A stretch of 64,000 nucleotides of DNA from the IMG/VR virus record IMGVR_UViG_2703719286_000002, positions 3,723-67,722 of that record; one strand, written 5' to 3'. This document shows positions 1-8,620 of the stretch, in pieces. Below the pieces are notes generated by a model. The model did no database searches and had not been told where the DNA came from. It was given only the letters and a program-made list of their open reading frames with translations. Source of the stretch: a virus. Taxonomy: Duplodnaviria; Caudoviricetes. A program made the translations under genes and the position numbers. Positions within the stretch are counted from its first letter, which is position 1. The number at the start of each line of letters is the position of its first letter.

Positions 1-185
1 TGGCTTGACGCCCTGGGCAACCGGCTGAGGCTGCGGTCGGCGACACGCCGCTCTGGGCTTGCCTCGGCCCTGCGGCTTCACGTCGCCGGCGGCGATGCGC
101 CGGTCGTCCTAATGGTCGACCGCCGCCCCCCGCAGGTTCGGCGGGTGGGTGCTCAATCTGAAATTGCGTGGTGTAAAATGGGGCC

Positions 186-611
186 ATGCCCAGGCGAGCG
201 CCCCGCAAGAGCTACCATCGACCCGGCGCCGAGAAAATCGCCCGCCGGCGGGCGTGGGTCCGTCACTGCTACCGCCTCGGCATGAGCGTCAAGGAGATCC
301 ACCGGACGCTGCAAGCCCAGGAGCCGGCGCTGCTGGCCGGGTCCGCCGCCCCCTACGCCTTGATCTGGGAGGACCTGGCGCTGATGAAGCGCGAGCAGAC
401 CGCCGCCATGGCCGCGGAGCTGGCCGACGTCATGGGCTACCACCTGGGCCGCGCGGGCCGCAGGCCGAGCTCGAGGATGGCGGGACGGCTGCGCGACTAC
501 GCGGCCGCGGCGGTGAAGGGTCCGGGCTTGCGGCTGCGGCCGGTGCCCGACTTCGGCCTCGGCGGTGCCGGCCTCAGCCTCGAGGGACCGGGGATCGCCC
601 TCGACCGCTAG
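186..611 (+). CDS. HTH protein, possible small-terminase-like
   Basis: N-terminal HTH-like pattern (W..CYRLGMSVKEIHRTL...WEDL) loosely parallels the prophage TerS candidate (WDWHVEGLSASAIAERS...KRDL); TAAAAT at 174-179 lies 6 nt before the ATG (leaderless-type start). Confidence 0.5.
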   Translation: MPRRAPRKSYHRPGAEKIARRRAWVRHCYRLGMSVKEIHRTLQAQEPALLAGSAAPYALIWEDLALMKREQTAAMAAELADVMGYHLGRAGRRPSSRMAGRLRDYAAAAVKGPGLRLRPVPDFGLGGAGLSLEGPGIALDR

Positions 612-811
612 GGTCCGGTGTCGGCGAAACCGCCTGGCCCGCCACCCACGCTGACAGCGTTGCCCGGAAACAGGACCTACCCGGCGGGAGACACAGCCCC
701 CGGCGTTCCGGGGGCCTGGCGGCGATCCTGGGGCGCCGGGGTCGGTGACGGTGCGGTGCGTTGACGCCGGCGAAGCCGATGACGCTGTCGGGGCGCTGGC
801 GGTGAAACCTC

Positions 812-1066
812 CTACATGGGCAGGCGGCCAGCCTGACCTCGGGCCAGCCGGACCTTCCTCTGCTTTCGCCACCGACGGGCGGCGGCGTTCCGGGCCAGCC
901 CTTGAGGGCAGGCGTGGAGTAGGCCGTCTTCGCCGAGCGGTTCCCACCTGTCGCCGCGCCGGCGCCAGCCGCAGATCTCGGCGCCACAACCGCGGCATGG
1001 GCGGCACTTTCCCATCGACGTTTCCACGGGCTGGGCGGGGGATAGGCGGGCCTGGTCAGGCGTCAT
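812..1066 (-). CDS. Small hypothetical protein with CxxC/Cys motifs
   Basis: ORF in series with neighbours; CRPCRGCGAEIC and HAC motifs. Confidence 0.5.
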   Translation of the reverse strand: MTPDQARLSPAQPVETSMGKCRPCRGCGAEICGWRRRGDRWEPLGEDGLLHACPQGLARNAAARRWRKQRKVRLARGQAGRLPM

Positions 1067-1068
1067 CG

Positions 1069-1482
1069 CTACTTCTCGAAGCTACGGCGGCCATCTGGGC
1101 GGCGAGTGCAACGGGCTTTAACCCCGTTGCGGCCTTTTCGGCGCTGAAAAGGGACCGCCACGACCAGCCCGCCGGTGCCCCCTGCCCATGGTCGGCCGAC
1201 GCGGAGCCCGGACCGCGACAGGTGAAGCCAGCAGCCGGCGCATACCTCGAACGGGCCATGGGGCTCGCGGGACAAGGACTCGTGGCCGGGACCGCCGAGG
1301 ATGCCGCAAGCGGCGCACATCCCGTGGCCGACGAAGGGGTCGCCGCAGGTCTCACAGGTCAAGGCGTCGACCGCCCAGGTGGGCGTCGCCCGCCCCCGCC
1401 GGCGGCGCAGAGGGTCCTCGGCCACGGTGGGCGCCCCACGCCGGCGCGCTGCCGTCCCTTCGCGGGCGGCGGTGCGGCTCAC
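1069..1482 (-). CDS. Hypothetical Cys-rich (zinc-ribbon-like) protein
   Basis: CETC, CAAC and CAGC motifs; abuts neighbouring ORFs. Confidence 0.5.
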   Translation of the reverse strand: MSRTAAREGTAARRRGAPTVAEDPLRRRRGRATPTWAVDALTCETCGDPFVGHGMCAACGILGGPGHESLSREPHGPFEVCAGCWLHLSRSGLRVGRPWAGGTGGLVVAVPFQRRKGRNGVKARCTRRPDGRRSFEK

Positions 1483-1808
1483 CTGACCGTCTCCGCCACG
1501 ACCAGCAGCCGGCGGGTTGCCAGCGTCAGGCCGGCGCCACCGCCGCCATCAAAGGCGCTGCCGCCCAGGATCGCCGCTACCGCGCACGGCCGGCACAGGT
1601 GTCCCTCGATGGCCCTGGCGACCAGGCCGACCGGGAGCTCCGCCCGCCAGCTGATCCCCCCGCAACGGCGGCATCGCCAGACCGAGCCCGGCGGCGCGTT
1701 CCCCTTCACCCGCCCGTCCCAGCCTCGAGGGCCTGACCGCCGGACCCCGCTCGGGGCCTCCGCCTGGCCCGCCTGCCGCCTGTCCTTCTTGCGTTCACGC
1801 TTGCTCAT
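1479..1808 (-). CDS. Hypothetical protein with CxxC motifs
   Basis: CRRC and CRPC motifs; 4-nt overlap with downstream ORF; GGAGG-like RBS upstream. Confidence 0.5.
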   Translation of the reverse strand: MSKRERKKDRRQAGQAEAPSGVRRSGPRGWDGRVKGNAPPGSVWRCRRCGGISWRAELPVGLVARAIEGHLCRPCAVAAILGGSAFDGGGGAGLTLATRRLLVVAETVR

Positions 1809-1874
1809 GATCCCTCCTCACCTGGTCGCCGGCCGCCCGGTCCGACAGGTCCCGCGCCGGCCCCCCGTAGGCCC

Positions 1875-2025
1875 TGACGGCTAGGCCGTGACGGCTTCCT
1901 GACGGGTTGACGGGTTTGACGGGTTTTCCCACTTTCTCCCTAGGGGGGGGGATTCTATAAGGGGAGTTATACGAAAAAGGGGTCCAACCCGTCAGCTAGC
2001 TTCGCGCGACCCCCCTAACCCGTCA
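1875..2025. repeat. Iteron-like repeats flanking an AT-richer core (probable satellite ori)
   Basis: TGACGG direct repeats at 1875, 1889, 1900, 1908 and 1917 (last three TGACGGGT(T)); inverted copies AACCCGTCA at 1986-1994 and 2017-2025; at the 3' end of the primase gene. Confidence 0.7.
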
Positions 2026-4268
2026 GGATCAGGGGCCGCGAATCCGTCCGTGTGTAGGCCGATTCCCTTGTACCGCCACCCCAAGTCGGTGTGTCGCCCG
2101 TCGAAACGGGCCTTTAGACGCTTGCCGAACGTCGTCGCTGTCACCACTTCCTTGCCGCGCATACCCTCTTGCTCCGCCCAGGTCTCGTACTCCTTGTACA
2201 GCCGGCCGCTCAGGGCCGAACACTGGTCGGCGATAACGCACCGCTCGCCTATGAAGGCGCCCAACAGGTCGCTCTCCTCCTCGTATGCCCGCGTTGCCGC
2301 CAGCACAGACGCGGGCGGCTTCAGTCCGTCCACCTGCCAGCGGATGGCGCCCTGCACCGCCCAGGCCAGCACACCGGGCAGCTCCGCGCGTAGCCTATCG
2401 GCAAGCTGCTGCTCCCGGTCCTCCTCGAACCGTCGGGTGAAGGGCACCAGCCGGACGCGGCGCCAGAACGCGAAGGAATCGTCCGTAACACGCGGCTTGT
2501 GATTGCAGGCCAGCCAGAACTTCGCCACCGGGTTGAAGCTGAAATGCTCCGAGTAGAGGAACCGGGCCGTCACGGGGTCGCTGCCCGACAGCATCTTCAT
2601 CCGGCCCTCGTTCAGCCGCCGGCCCTCCACCGTCTCCGACGCCATCACCAGGCGCTTGCCCACCAGGGCGGCGACGTCGTTGCTGATGGCGCTCCGCGTC
2701 TCCAGCTCGAACATCGAGAACGGCGCGACGTGGCCGTATGATCCGAGCACGACCAGCAGGGTGTTCAAGAACGTCCCCTTGCCATTCGAGCCCGTCCCGT
2801 GGCACAGAATCCACACCTGCTCGTGGACGTGGCCGGTCAGGGAGTACCCGGCGGCCCGCTGGACGAACTCGATCAAGTCGACGTCCCCGACGAAGATCTC
2901 GTCCAGGAACCGCAGCCAGCGGGGGCACTCGGCGGCCGCGTCGAAGGGAACGTCAGTGTGCGCGGTGATCGCGTCGGCCTGGCGCCCCGCTCGGACCTTC
3001 CCTTCGCGCAGGTCTAGCACGCCGTTGCCGACGCCCAGGAGCCACGGGTCGAGGTCCCAGCCGCCGCCCTTGTCCGTGATGGGCGCCTCGGCTCGGGCCA
3101 GGGCCAGGGCGGCGTCTATCCGCTGCCGGCTCTCGCTGCCCAGCGCCCAGATCGCTTGCTTCCGGCGCTCCTCTGCGTCCTCGATATTGACGGCAGCGTG
3201 ATAGCGATGCCGCGCCGCCGCCTTCCCCAGCTGCGTCAGCTCGGCGCCGGCGTCCTCGCTCCACCACTGACCCGCCCACCGCAGCCAGCGGCCGCGTTGC
3301 CAGTCGTACCGCAGCCTGTCGCCGTAGAGGGCGGCCAGGAGCTCCCCGTTCCCGCTATCGGACCGAGGGTAGATGCCAGGCGTGGGCGCCGCCTGCTCGC
3401 CAGCAGGGACGGTCGGGGTGGCGACCGCGGCCGGGAAGCCCGTCTCGACCTGTCCCTGGGGCTCGGCCTGAGGCGGCTCCCACAAGGGCACCGCGGCCGC
3501 CAGCACCAACAGCTCCTTCACCGTCCCGCCCGCGTCGAGCCAGTCGGAGAGGTCGCCCTTGTCGGCCAGGCCGGGTAGGGCCAACACGCGGACCTCGGCG
3601 GCGATGCCCTGGAGACCACTGGCGACTTGGAGGGCGTGGTCACGGCCAGGCACATCGTTGTCGGGCAGGATGAAAACCCGCCGGCCGCGCAGCGCCTCGC
3701 CCCACTCGGACCTCCACTTGCCGGCGCCGCCGGGGTTGGTGGTCGCCACCAGGCCCAGGGCGCCCAGCCGGTCGACGTCCTTCTCGCCCTCGCAGACGAA
3801 GACCCACTTCTCGCGGTCGGCGGCCAGGATCTCGGGCAGGCGGTAGAGGACACGCCGGACGCCCTTGATCCCCCAGTCCGACGCGCCGGGGCGCCGCTGC
3901 GCGAACCGCTTGCCGGGTAGCCGGCAGACTTCGAACAGCGCCGCTCCGTCCTCGGCTCGGTAGAGGTAGGTAACCTCGACGTCTGACCGGCGGGCATCGC
4001 CGCCGGGCTTGGGCCAAAGGTCGCGTTCCCGTAGGGCCGTGAGCACCGCTTCCTGCGAGCAGCCGGCGTGACACCGGACGAGGACCTTCTCGCCGGCGAC
4101 GCCGACGCTGAGGCTAGCCCGGCGATCATCATGCCCTGGACAGTGAACGATCCCACTCGCCCCGCCGCGGCCCCCCCGGCAACTGCATCCGCTCGTCCCG
4201 CACCGCAGGGCCTCAACGATCCTGGCGGCCTCATTAACCGCGTCGATGCCTCCGCCCGCGTCCGTCAT
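1992..4268 (-). CDS. P4/D5-type primase-helicase (Zn-binding, TOPRIM, D5_N, SF3 ATPase)
   Basis: HCPGHDD...RCHAGC Zn site; TOPRIM VCEGEKD and PDND; Walker A GTGSNGKGT; NHKP and FWRRVRLVPF motifs. Confidence 0.93.
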   Translation of the reverse strand: MTDAGGGIDAVNEAARIVEALRCGTSGCSCRGGRGGASGIVHCPGHDDRRASLSVGVAGEKVLVRCHAGCSQEAVLTALRERDLWPKPGGDARRSDVEVTYLYRAEDGAALFEVCRLPGKRFAQRRPGASDWGIKGVRRVLYRLPEILAADREKWVFVCEGEKDVDRLGALGLVATTNPGGAGKWRSEWGEALRGRRVFILPDNDVPGRDHALQVASGLQGIAAEVRVLALPGLADKGDLSDWLDAGGTVKELLVLAAAVPLWEPPQAEPQGQVETGFPAAVATPTVPAGEQAAPTPGIYPRSDSGNGELLAALYGDRLRYDWQRGRWLRWAGQWWSEDAGAELTQLGKAAARHRYHAAVNIEDAEERRKQAIWALGSESRQRIDAALALARAEAPITDKGGGWDLDPWLLGVGNGVLDLREGKVRAGRQADAITAHTDVPFDAAAECPRWLRFLDEIFVGDVDLIEFVQRAAGYSLTGHVHEQVWILCHGTGSNGKGTFLNTLLVVLGSYGHVAPFSMFELETRSAISNDVAALVGKRLVMASETVEGRRLNEGRMKMLSGSDPVTARFLYSEHFSFNPVAKFWLACNHKPRVTDDSFAFWRRVRLVPFTRRFEEDREQQLADRLRAELPGVLAWAVQGAIRWQVDGLKPPASVLAATRAYEEESDLLGAFIGERCVIADQCSALSGRLYKEYETWAEQEGMRGKEVVTATTFGKRLKARFDGRHTDLGWRYKGIGLHTDGFAAPDPDGLGGSREAS

Positions 4269-4633
4269 GGTCTCCCCTCAATCTCGGCCTCCACGGCCCG
4301 GCGTAGGCGCCGCACCGCCTTGATGGCGCCCAGCAGCCCCAGGGCCGCGTCCTCGGCAGGTGGCGATAGCCGGCGCCGCCTGGCAAGAGTCACCAGCCAC
4401 GTCGACGCCACTTCCAGCGCGAACTCGTCGTCGACCAGCTCCCCGAGGACACTTGCGTGGGCCGGCCCCCTAGCCGTACAATGCCCGCGACGGTGAGCAG
4501 CCGTCACATCCCGTCCCTTTCCTTGGCCCCGGCCTCCCCCGGTCGGGGCCGCTCCATTCGATCCCATAGCCTCGCTCCCTCTCGCCCGTAGGCGGGCCGT
4601 TAGGCGGGAGTCGGCGCCCTCGAGGGCCGTCAT
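4265..4633 (-). CDS. Hypothetical protein (start uncertain)
   Basis: 4-nt overlaps with xis-like gene and primase. Confidence 0.4.
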   Translation of the reverse strand: MTALEGADSRLTARLRARGSEAMGSNGAAPTGGGRGQGKGRDVTAAHRRGHCTARGPAHASVLGELVDDEFALEVASTWLVTLARRRRLSPPAEDAALGLLGAIKAVRRLRRAVEAEIEGRP

Positions 4634-4950
4634 CGTATCCGGGGGACCGGCCGGGCAGCGGTCTCGTCGACCGTTGCGGCCCCCACCCCGGCCTCGACGA
4701 AGGCCGAGAGCGACGCCGCCAGGACGCGCCTCGCCCTACCGACCGTCATGGACTGGATCAGGCCCCGCGCCAGCAACGTGTAGGTCTCGCTCCTGCTCAC
4801 GCCCAACATGGCGGCCGCCTGCGGCACCGTCACCAACAGCGGCCCGCCGGCGGCGTCAGGGCGTGCCTGGGCCGCCAGGGCGGCCCGGACCTCCTGGGCG
4901 ACGACGTCGCGGACGCCGGCCAGCAGCGGGCACCCCGTACCCTCACACAC
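4630..4950 (-). CDS. Excisionase-family HTH DNA-binding protein
   Basis: LLVTVPQAAAMLGVSRSETYTLL...GRARRV is typical of HTH_17/xis proteins. Confidence 0.8.
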   Translation of the reverse strand: MCEGTGCPLLAGVRDVVAQEVRAALAAQARPDAAGGPLLVTVPQAAAMLGVSRSETYTLLARGLIQSMTVGRARRVLAASLSAFVEAGVGAATVDETAARPVPRIR

Positions 4951-5185
4951 CGCGCGCCTCCTCCCTGCGCTCCCGCTGCCGCTGCCGCCACCACCGGCGC
5001 TTGCGAAGATTGGCGCGCGCCCGTGCGACCGCGCCGGGCGAGTACAGCCGCGCGCCTTCCCCTGTGCGAAGAGGCACCAGCACGCCGTCCAAGCGTCTGA
5101 TCGTGTCCGCGCAGACGCCCAGCTCGCGGGCGAGGGCGCCCGCCGTCACAAAATCCGGCGAGCCCCTTCCGACATTTCCCTTCAT
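4943..5185 (-). CDS. MerR-like HTH regulator
   Basis: TAGALARELGVCADTIRR...GARLYS pattern; AAGGAGG RBS upstream. Confidence 0.75.
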   Translation of the reverse strand: MKGNVGRGSPDFVTAGALARELGVCADTIRRLDGVLVPLRTGEGARLYSPGAVARARANLRKRRWWRQRQRERREEARGV

Positions 5186-5202
5186 TTTGGCCTCCTTTTC
5201 GC

Positions 5203-5231
5203 TTGACTACGGGCGGCGAGGGGTCTACGAT
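5203..5231 (+). promoter_or_regulatory. Sigma70-type promoter for the rightward regulator/int operon
   Basis: TTGACT-17 nt-TACGAT. Confidence 0.6.
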
Positions 5232-5268
5232 TAGTATTAGGCTGACGACCGGGGATGGCAATAACCTA

Positions 5269-6084
5269 ATGCACCACGATAAGGGAAACAGCGACAGCAT
5301 AAGGCGCCGGGCCTGGGGGTCACGTCTGGGCGCCGAATACGAGCGCCGCTTCGCGTGGCTCTGGGCCGAAGGGTATCGGGACCCCGCGGCGATGAAGACG
5401 CACTGGCCCCTAGAGCACCGCCAGCCCGGCGAGCCGCCCTGCCCGGACCCGAATCGGGAGCCGTCGACCGGCACGTTCCAGAACCGGATACGCGCCTACC
5501 GCGAACGCGAGGGCGCCCCGTGGCAGTTTGCGGAGGCGGACCCCGTAGAGGTCAGCGCCGTCATGCCGATCCTGGGCGCCCTACTTGAGCACACCGAGGG
5601 CCGGCTCAAGACGTTCACCCACGCCGAGGCGGCGCTGCTGGGCCGCGTGCGCGCCGCCGCCCCGGACCTGAACCCGTGGCTCACCTACCGGATAGCCCAC
5701 TCCTACGTTCTGGGCGACGCGGACGATCAGGAGTCGCTGGAGGCCCTGCTAGGCTTCGGCGCCTGGCGGTCGCTCCGCGCCGTGGGGCGCTTCCTTCAAT
5801 GGACGGCCGACCGGCGGCCGGGCTGGCTCCTGGTGCCGCGGCACCTCGCGGATAAGCGCAGTCCGAAGCGGCCGGCGCACCGCCGCAAGGGCGTCCGGGT
5901 CCTCAGCGGCATCGGCCCCGTAGACCGCCGCGCCGACGGCGCGGTCGACCCCGACGGCAAGGTGCTGCGGCCTGTGCGGACCGGGCGCCGCACCGTCATC
6001 GACTACGCGGACCTGGTCGGCGTCACGGCCGGCGTCCGGCTCGCGCTCGAGCTCGCGGCCACGATGGAAGGGGGGACACCTTGA
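5269..6084 (+). CDS. Putative satellite repressor/regulator (start uncertain, ORF open from 5203)
   Basis: Divergent from the MerR/xis/primase operon, the position of Stl-like repressors; no family motif recognised with certainty. Confidence 0.5.
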   Translation: MHHDKGNSDSIRRRAWGSRLGAEYERRFAWLWAEGYRDPAAMKTHWPLEHRQPGEPPCPDPNREPSTGTFQNRIRAYREREGAPWQFAEADPVEVSAVMPILGALLEHTEGRLKTFTHAEAALLGRVRAAAPDLNPWLTYRIAHSYVLGDADDQESLEALLGFGAWRSLRAVGRFLQWTADRRPGWLLVPRHLADKRSPKRPAHRRKGVRVLSGIGPVDRRADGAVDPDGKVLRPVRTGRRTVIDYADLVGVTAGVRLALELAATMEGGTP

Positions 6085-6305
6085 CGCGCCACCGCCACAA
6101 CTGGGCGCCGGCCGCGCCGATCGCCCCGAAGTGGGACACGGGCAACGTGCTGGCCCAGCAGGTCGCGGCCAGCCCGAAGCTGACCCACGCTGCCTGCGCG
6201 TGCGGCGCCGTCCGGTCGATCCTTGCGACTAACCGCAGGCGCAATATCTACGTCACACGGGACGGGCCGCGCGGTCGGCGCCTGTGGCGAGGCAGGAGGA
6301 GGTAG
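6081..6305 (+). CDS. Small hypothetical protein
   Basis: 4-nt overlap with upstream ORF; CxCG motif. Confidence 0.45.
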   Translation: MTRHRHNWAPAAPIAPKWDTGNVLAQQVAASPKLTHAACACGAVRSILATNRRRNIYVTRDGPRGRRLWRGRRR

Positions 6306-6310
6306 GCCAG

Positions 6311-6676
6311 ATGGTCGAACAGGACTTCGATGCCGTCGCCCGCGAAGCATGGCAGGCAGGTCTCCAGAGCGACGCACAGGCGCTCATCGGGCCGGTGGCT
6401 GAGGGTTTATGGGACGGCCTTGGCGCCATGTATCGCTATGGCGACCCCGACACGAAAGCGCGGGTCGTCTTATTGATCAGTCGAACGAAGTCGGCACAGC
6501 CGCTCGCGGGAGACGAGGCCGAACTCGTGACGATCCTGGTGGGCCTGATGGGCAGCATAGTACAGGGGTTCGCCGGGGAGGGACGATCGCGCGGCTCCGA
6601 CGCATTGATCATGGCGGCGGTCGGCCTGGCGGCGACCGTGGGCTACGTCCTGGGTCAGCGGTCAGGTGAGGGATAG
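6311..6676 (+). CDS. Hypothetical protein with hydrophobic C-terminus
   Basis: GGAGGAGGT RBS before ATG 6311; hydrophobic ALIMAAVGLAATVGYVLG segment. Confidence 0.55.
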   Translation: MVEQDFDAVAREAWQAGLQSDAQALIGPVAEGLWDGLGAMYRYGDPDTKARVVLLISRTKSAQPLAGDEAELVTILVGLMGSIVQGFAGEGRSRGSDALIMAAVGLAATVGYVLGQRSGEG

Positions 6677-6710
6677 GCCGGCGGGAGCCGACCAGGAAGG
6701 GGAACGGGTC

Positions 6711-7850
6711 ATGAAGAACAGAAGGGCAAAAGGCGAAGGCGCGCTATATAAGAAGGCTGACGGGCGCTGGTACGCCACGCTCGACCTCGGCTGGTCAGGG
6801 GGCAAGCGCCGCCGGCGGGAGGTCAGCGGAAAGACGCGGCAGGAAGCGGCCGCCAAGCTGGCCACGCTTATCAGGGAACGCGAGGACGGCCTGGACGTGC
6901 AGGCCGGGCGCATCACGGTGGCCGATCTCTTGCAGCGATGGCTCAGCGCCCTCGACGTGCGCCCGACGACGGCGCACAGGTACGAGGAGATCTGCCGGCT
7001 CAACCTGACGCCGGCGGTGGGCCAGGTGCCGATCGGCAAGCTGACGCCCCAGCACGTCGAGGAGCTGATGGCGTCCATGGTCGCGGCCGGCGCGAGCCCC
7101 AGGTCGGCCATGCACGCCCGCAGCGGCCTACGGGCGGCGCTCCACGCCGGCGAGCGGTGGGGCCTGGTGGGCCGCAACGTCGCCAGCCTGGCGAAGCCCC
7201 TCCAGGTGCCTCAACACGAGGTCCGGCCGCTGTCGCCGGCGGACGCCCGCGCCGTCCTGGCGGCGGTCCGCGGCGACCGCCTGGCCCCGCTCATCACCGT
7301 TGCGCTGGCGGTCGGCTTGCGCCAGGGCGAGGCCCTGGGGCTCCGCTGGACCGACGTGGACCTTGACGGCGCCGCCCCGATGTTGACCGTCCGGCGCACC
7401 CTGACGCGGACCGATGGCGAGTGGTCATTCGGCGAACCGAAGACAACACGATCGCGCCGGACCATCCCGCTGCCCTCCCCGGTCGTGTCCGCGCTACGCC
7501 AGCACAGGACCCATCAGCTCGAGGAGCGCCTCCAGGCTGGGCCGCTGTGGGAAGCCGACCGCTGGGAGCACCTGGTCTTCACCACCGAGACCGGCGGGCC
7601 GCTGTCCACCTTCCACGTCAGCCGGCGGTTCCGAATGTTGATCGCCGAGGCCGGACTGCCGCGTATGCGCTATCACGACCTCCGCCACGGGGCGGCGTCG
7701 CTGATGGCCGCCCAGGGCGTCCCGGTCCGCGCGGCCATGGAGCTCCTGGGCCACTCGCAGATCAGCACCACCATGGACATTTACGCCCACGTCGCCCCGG
7801 AACTCGTCAAGGAAGCGACCGACCGCGTCGCCGCGGCGCTGTGGACCTAG
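6711..7850 (+). CDS. int: Tyrosine integrase with N-terminal arm-binding region
   Basis: GEGALYKKADGRW N-terminus; catalytic GLRQGE, K(T), HDLRH, LLGHS and IYAH. Confidence 0.96.
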   Translation: MKNRRAKGEGALYKKADGRWYATLDLGWSGGKRRRREVSGKTRQEAAAKLATLIREREDGLDVQAGRITVADLLQRWLSALDVRPTTAHRYEEICRLNLTPAVGQVPIGKLTPQHVEELMASMVAAGASPRSAMHARSGLRAALHAGERWGLVGRNVASLAKPLQVPQHEVRPLSPADARAVLAAVRGDRLAPLITVALAVGLRQGEALGLRWTDVDLDGAAPMLTVRRTLTRTDGEWSFGEPKTTRSRRTIPLPSPVVSALRQHRTHQLEERLQAGPLWEADRWEHLVFTTETGGPLSTFHVSRRFRMLIAEAGLPRMRYHDLRHGAASLMAAQGVPVRAAMELLGHSQISTTMDIYAHVAPELVKEATDRVAAALWT

Positions 7851-7898
7851 GCATGAACCGCTTGACAAACGCTAGCCGCCACGGCTACATAAGAAGGG

Positions 7899-7930
7899 CA
7901 GGCGGGACCGATAGGCGGGAGATAGGCGGG
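7899..7930 (+). repeat. Tandem (GAT)AGGCGGG repeats, candidate integrase arm-type sites
   Basis: CAGGCGGGA 7899, GATAGGCGGG 7910 and 7921, between the int stop and the tRNA. Confidence 0.45.
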
Positions 7931-7975
7931 TCTGGGGGCGCCTTTGGAGCCCATACGGACGGAAATCGTATCTAC

Positions 7976-8051
7976 GCCCCTGTAGCTCAGCGGACAGAGC
8001 AGCGGTTTCCTAAACCGCGGGTCGCCGGTTCGAGTCCGGCCAGGGGCTCCA
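7976..8051 (+). tRNA. tRNA-Arg (anticodon CCT)
   Basis: Acceptor stem GCCCCTG/CAGGGGC, D arm TAGCTCAG, anticodon arm GCGGT-TTCCTAA-ACCGC, T loop GGTTCGAGTCC, encoded CCA end; 76 nt. Confidence 0.97.
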
Positions 8052-8101
8052 AAAGGCACGGGTAGCATCCTTGAAACGGGGTTTGACCTCATGTCGCGAG
8101 A

Positions 8102-8130
8102 ATCTTAAGGGATTTCTTAATAGCTGTCAA
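8102..8130 (-). promoter_or_regulatory. Leftward sigma70 promoter of the divergent switch
   Basis: Minus strand TTGACA (8130-8125), 17 nt, TAAGAT (8107-8102). Confidence 0.65.
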
Positions 8131-8159
8131 GTACTTAGAAGCCAAAGTTGAGAAAAATC

Positions 8160-8188
8160 TTGACAACCCGCCGATACCGCCGTAGAAT
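8160..8188 (+). promoter_or_regulatory. Rightward sigma70 promoter for the repressor
   Basis: TTGACA (8160-8165), 17 nt, TAGAAT (8183-8188); ATG at 8196 fits a leaderless mRNA. Confidence 0.8.
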
Positions 8189-8195
8189 GAGGTCG

Positions 8196-8429
8196 ATGAA
8201 GAATGCAGCTGTCCAAGAACTGCAAGCCATCATCGGCAAGAGAACGGTCACAGATGTTGCCGAAGGCTGGGGTATCCCGCGCTGGGTTCTCTACGACTGG
8301 ATTTACGGGAACACCAAGTGCCCGCAGGCCCGGCACCTCGTCCCCATCGCCAAGGGCATGAACCGCACCGTCGAGGAAATAGTCGAACTCTGCGACCGAC
8401 CCAACGGCGAGTCACCGCCCGCCAGTTAG
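8196..8429 (+). CDS. XRE/Cro-C1-type HTH repressor
   Basis: TVTDVAEGWGIPRWVLYDWIYGNTKCP...LVPIAKGMNRTVEEI resembles HTH_3. Confidence 0.75.
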   Translation: MKNAAVQELQAIIGKRTVTDVAEGWGIPRWVLYDWIYGNTKCPQARHLVPIAKGMNRTVEEIVELCDRPNGESPPAS

Positions 8430-8620
8430 GAGGTCTCTATGAGGGCCGCTAGCCCACGCAACTGATACCTCCGCCATCCTTCCCTCTGCCCGGTCTTGTT
8501 CCCCGCCAGATTGGTCACGGAGCAGTGCTCCTTCGCTTGCCTCTACCAAAGGTTCTACGTCTTCGGGCCGATACCTCTCTCAAAGGCCCCTTTGTCGTTA
8601 ACGACATACAGGATGATGAC

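Larger units (their letters stand above)
186..7930. mobile_element. Phage satellite / PICI-like island (left boundary not visible)
   Basis: int plus regulators on +, divergent HTH, xis-like, primase-helicase and small ORFs on -, iteron origin, no capsid or tail genes; int end abuts tRNA-Arg. Confidence 0.8.

Noticed and set aside
1-185. Left att site or tRNA fragment of the satellite
   Set aside because: No duplication of any tRNA-Arg segment seen here or elsewhere in the window by eye
149-1884. Long Arg/Pro/Gly-rich ORFs (149-748, 153-1007, 745-1884) and similar ones throughout, e.g. 27106-28476 and 35030-36259
   Set aside because: Shadow frames typical of high-GC DNA; they overlap better-supported genes and have no motifs
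7847-8092. 81-aa minus-strand ORF as a real gene in the integrated state
   Set aside because: Most of it is the antisense of the tRNA; only its start is kept as a hypothesis about the excised phage
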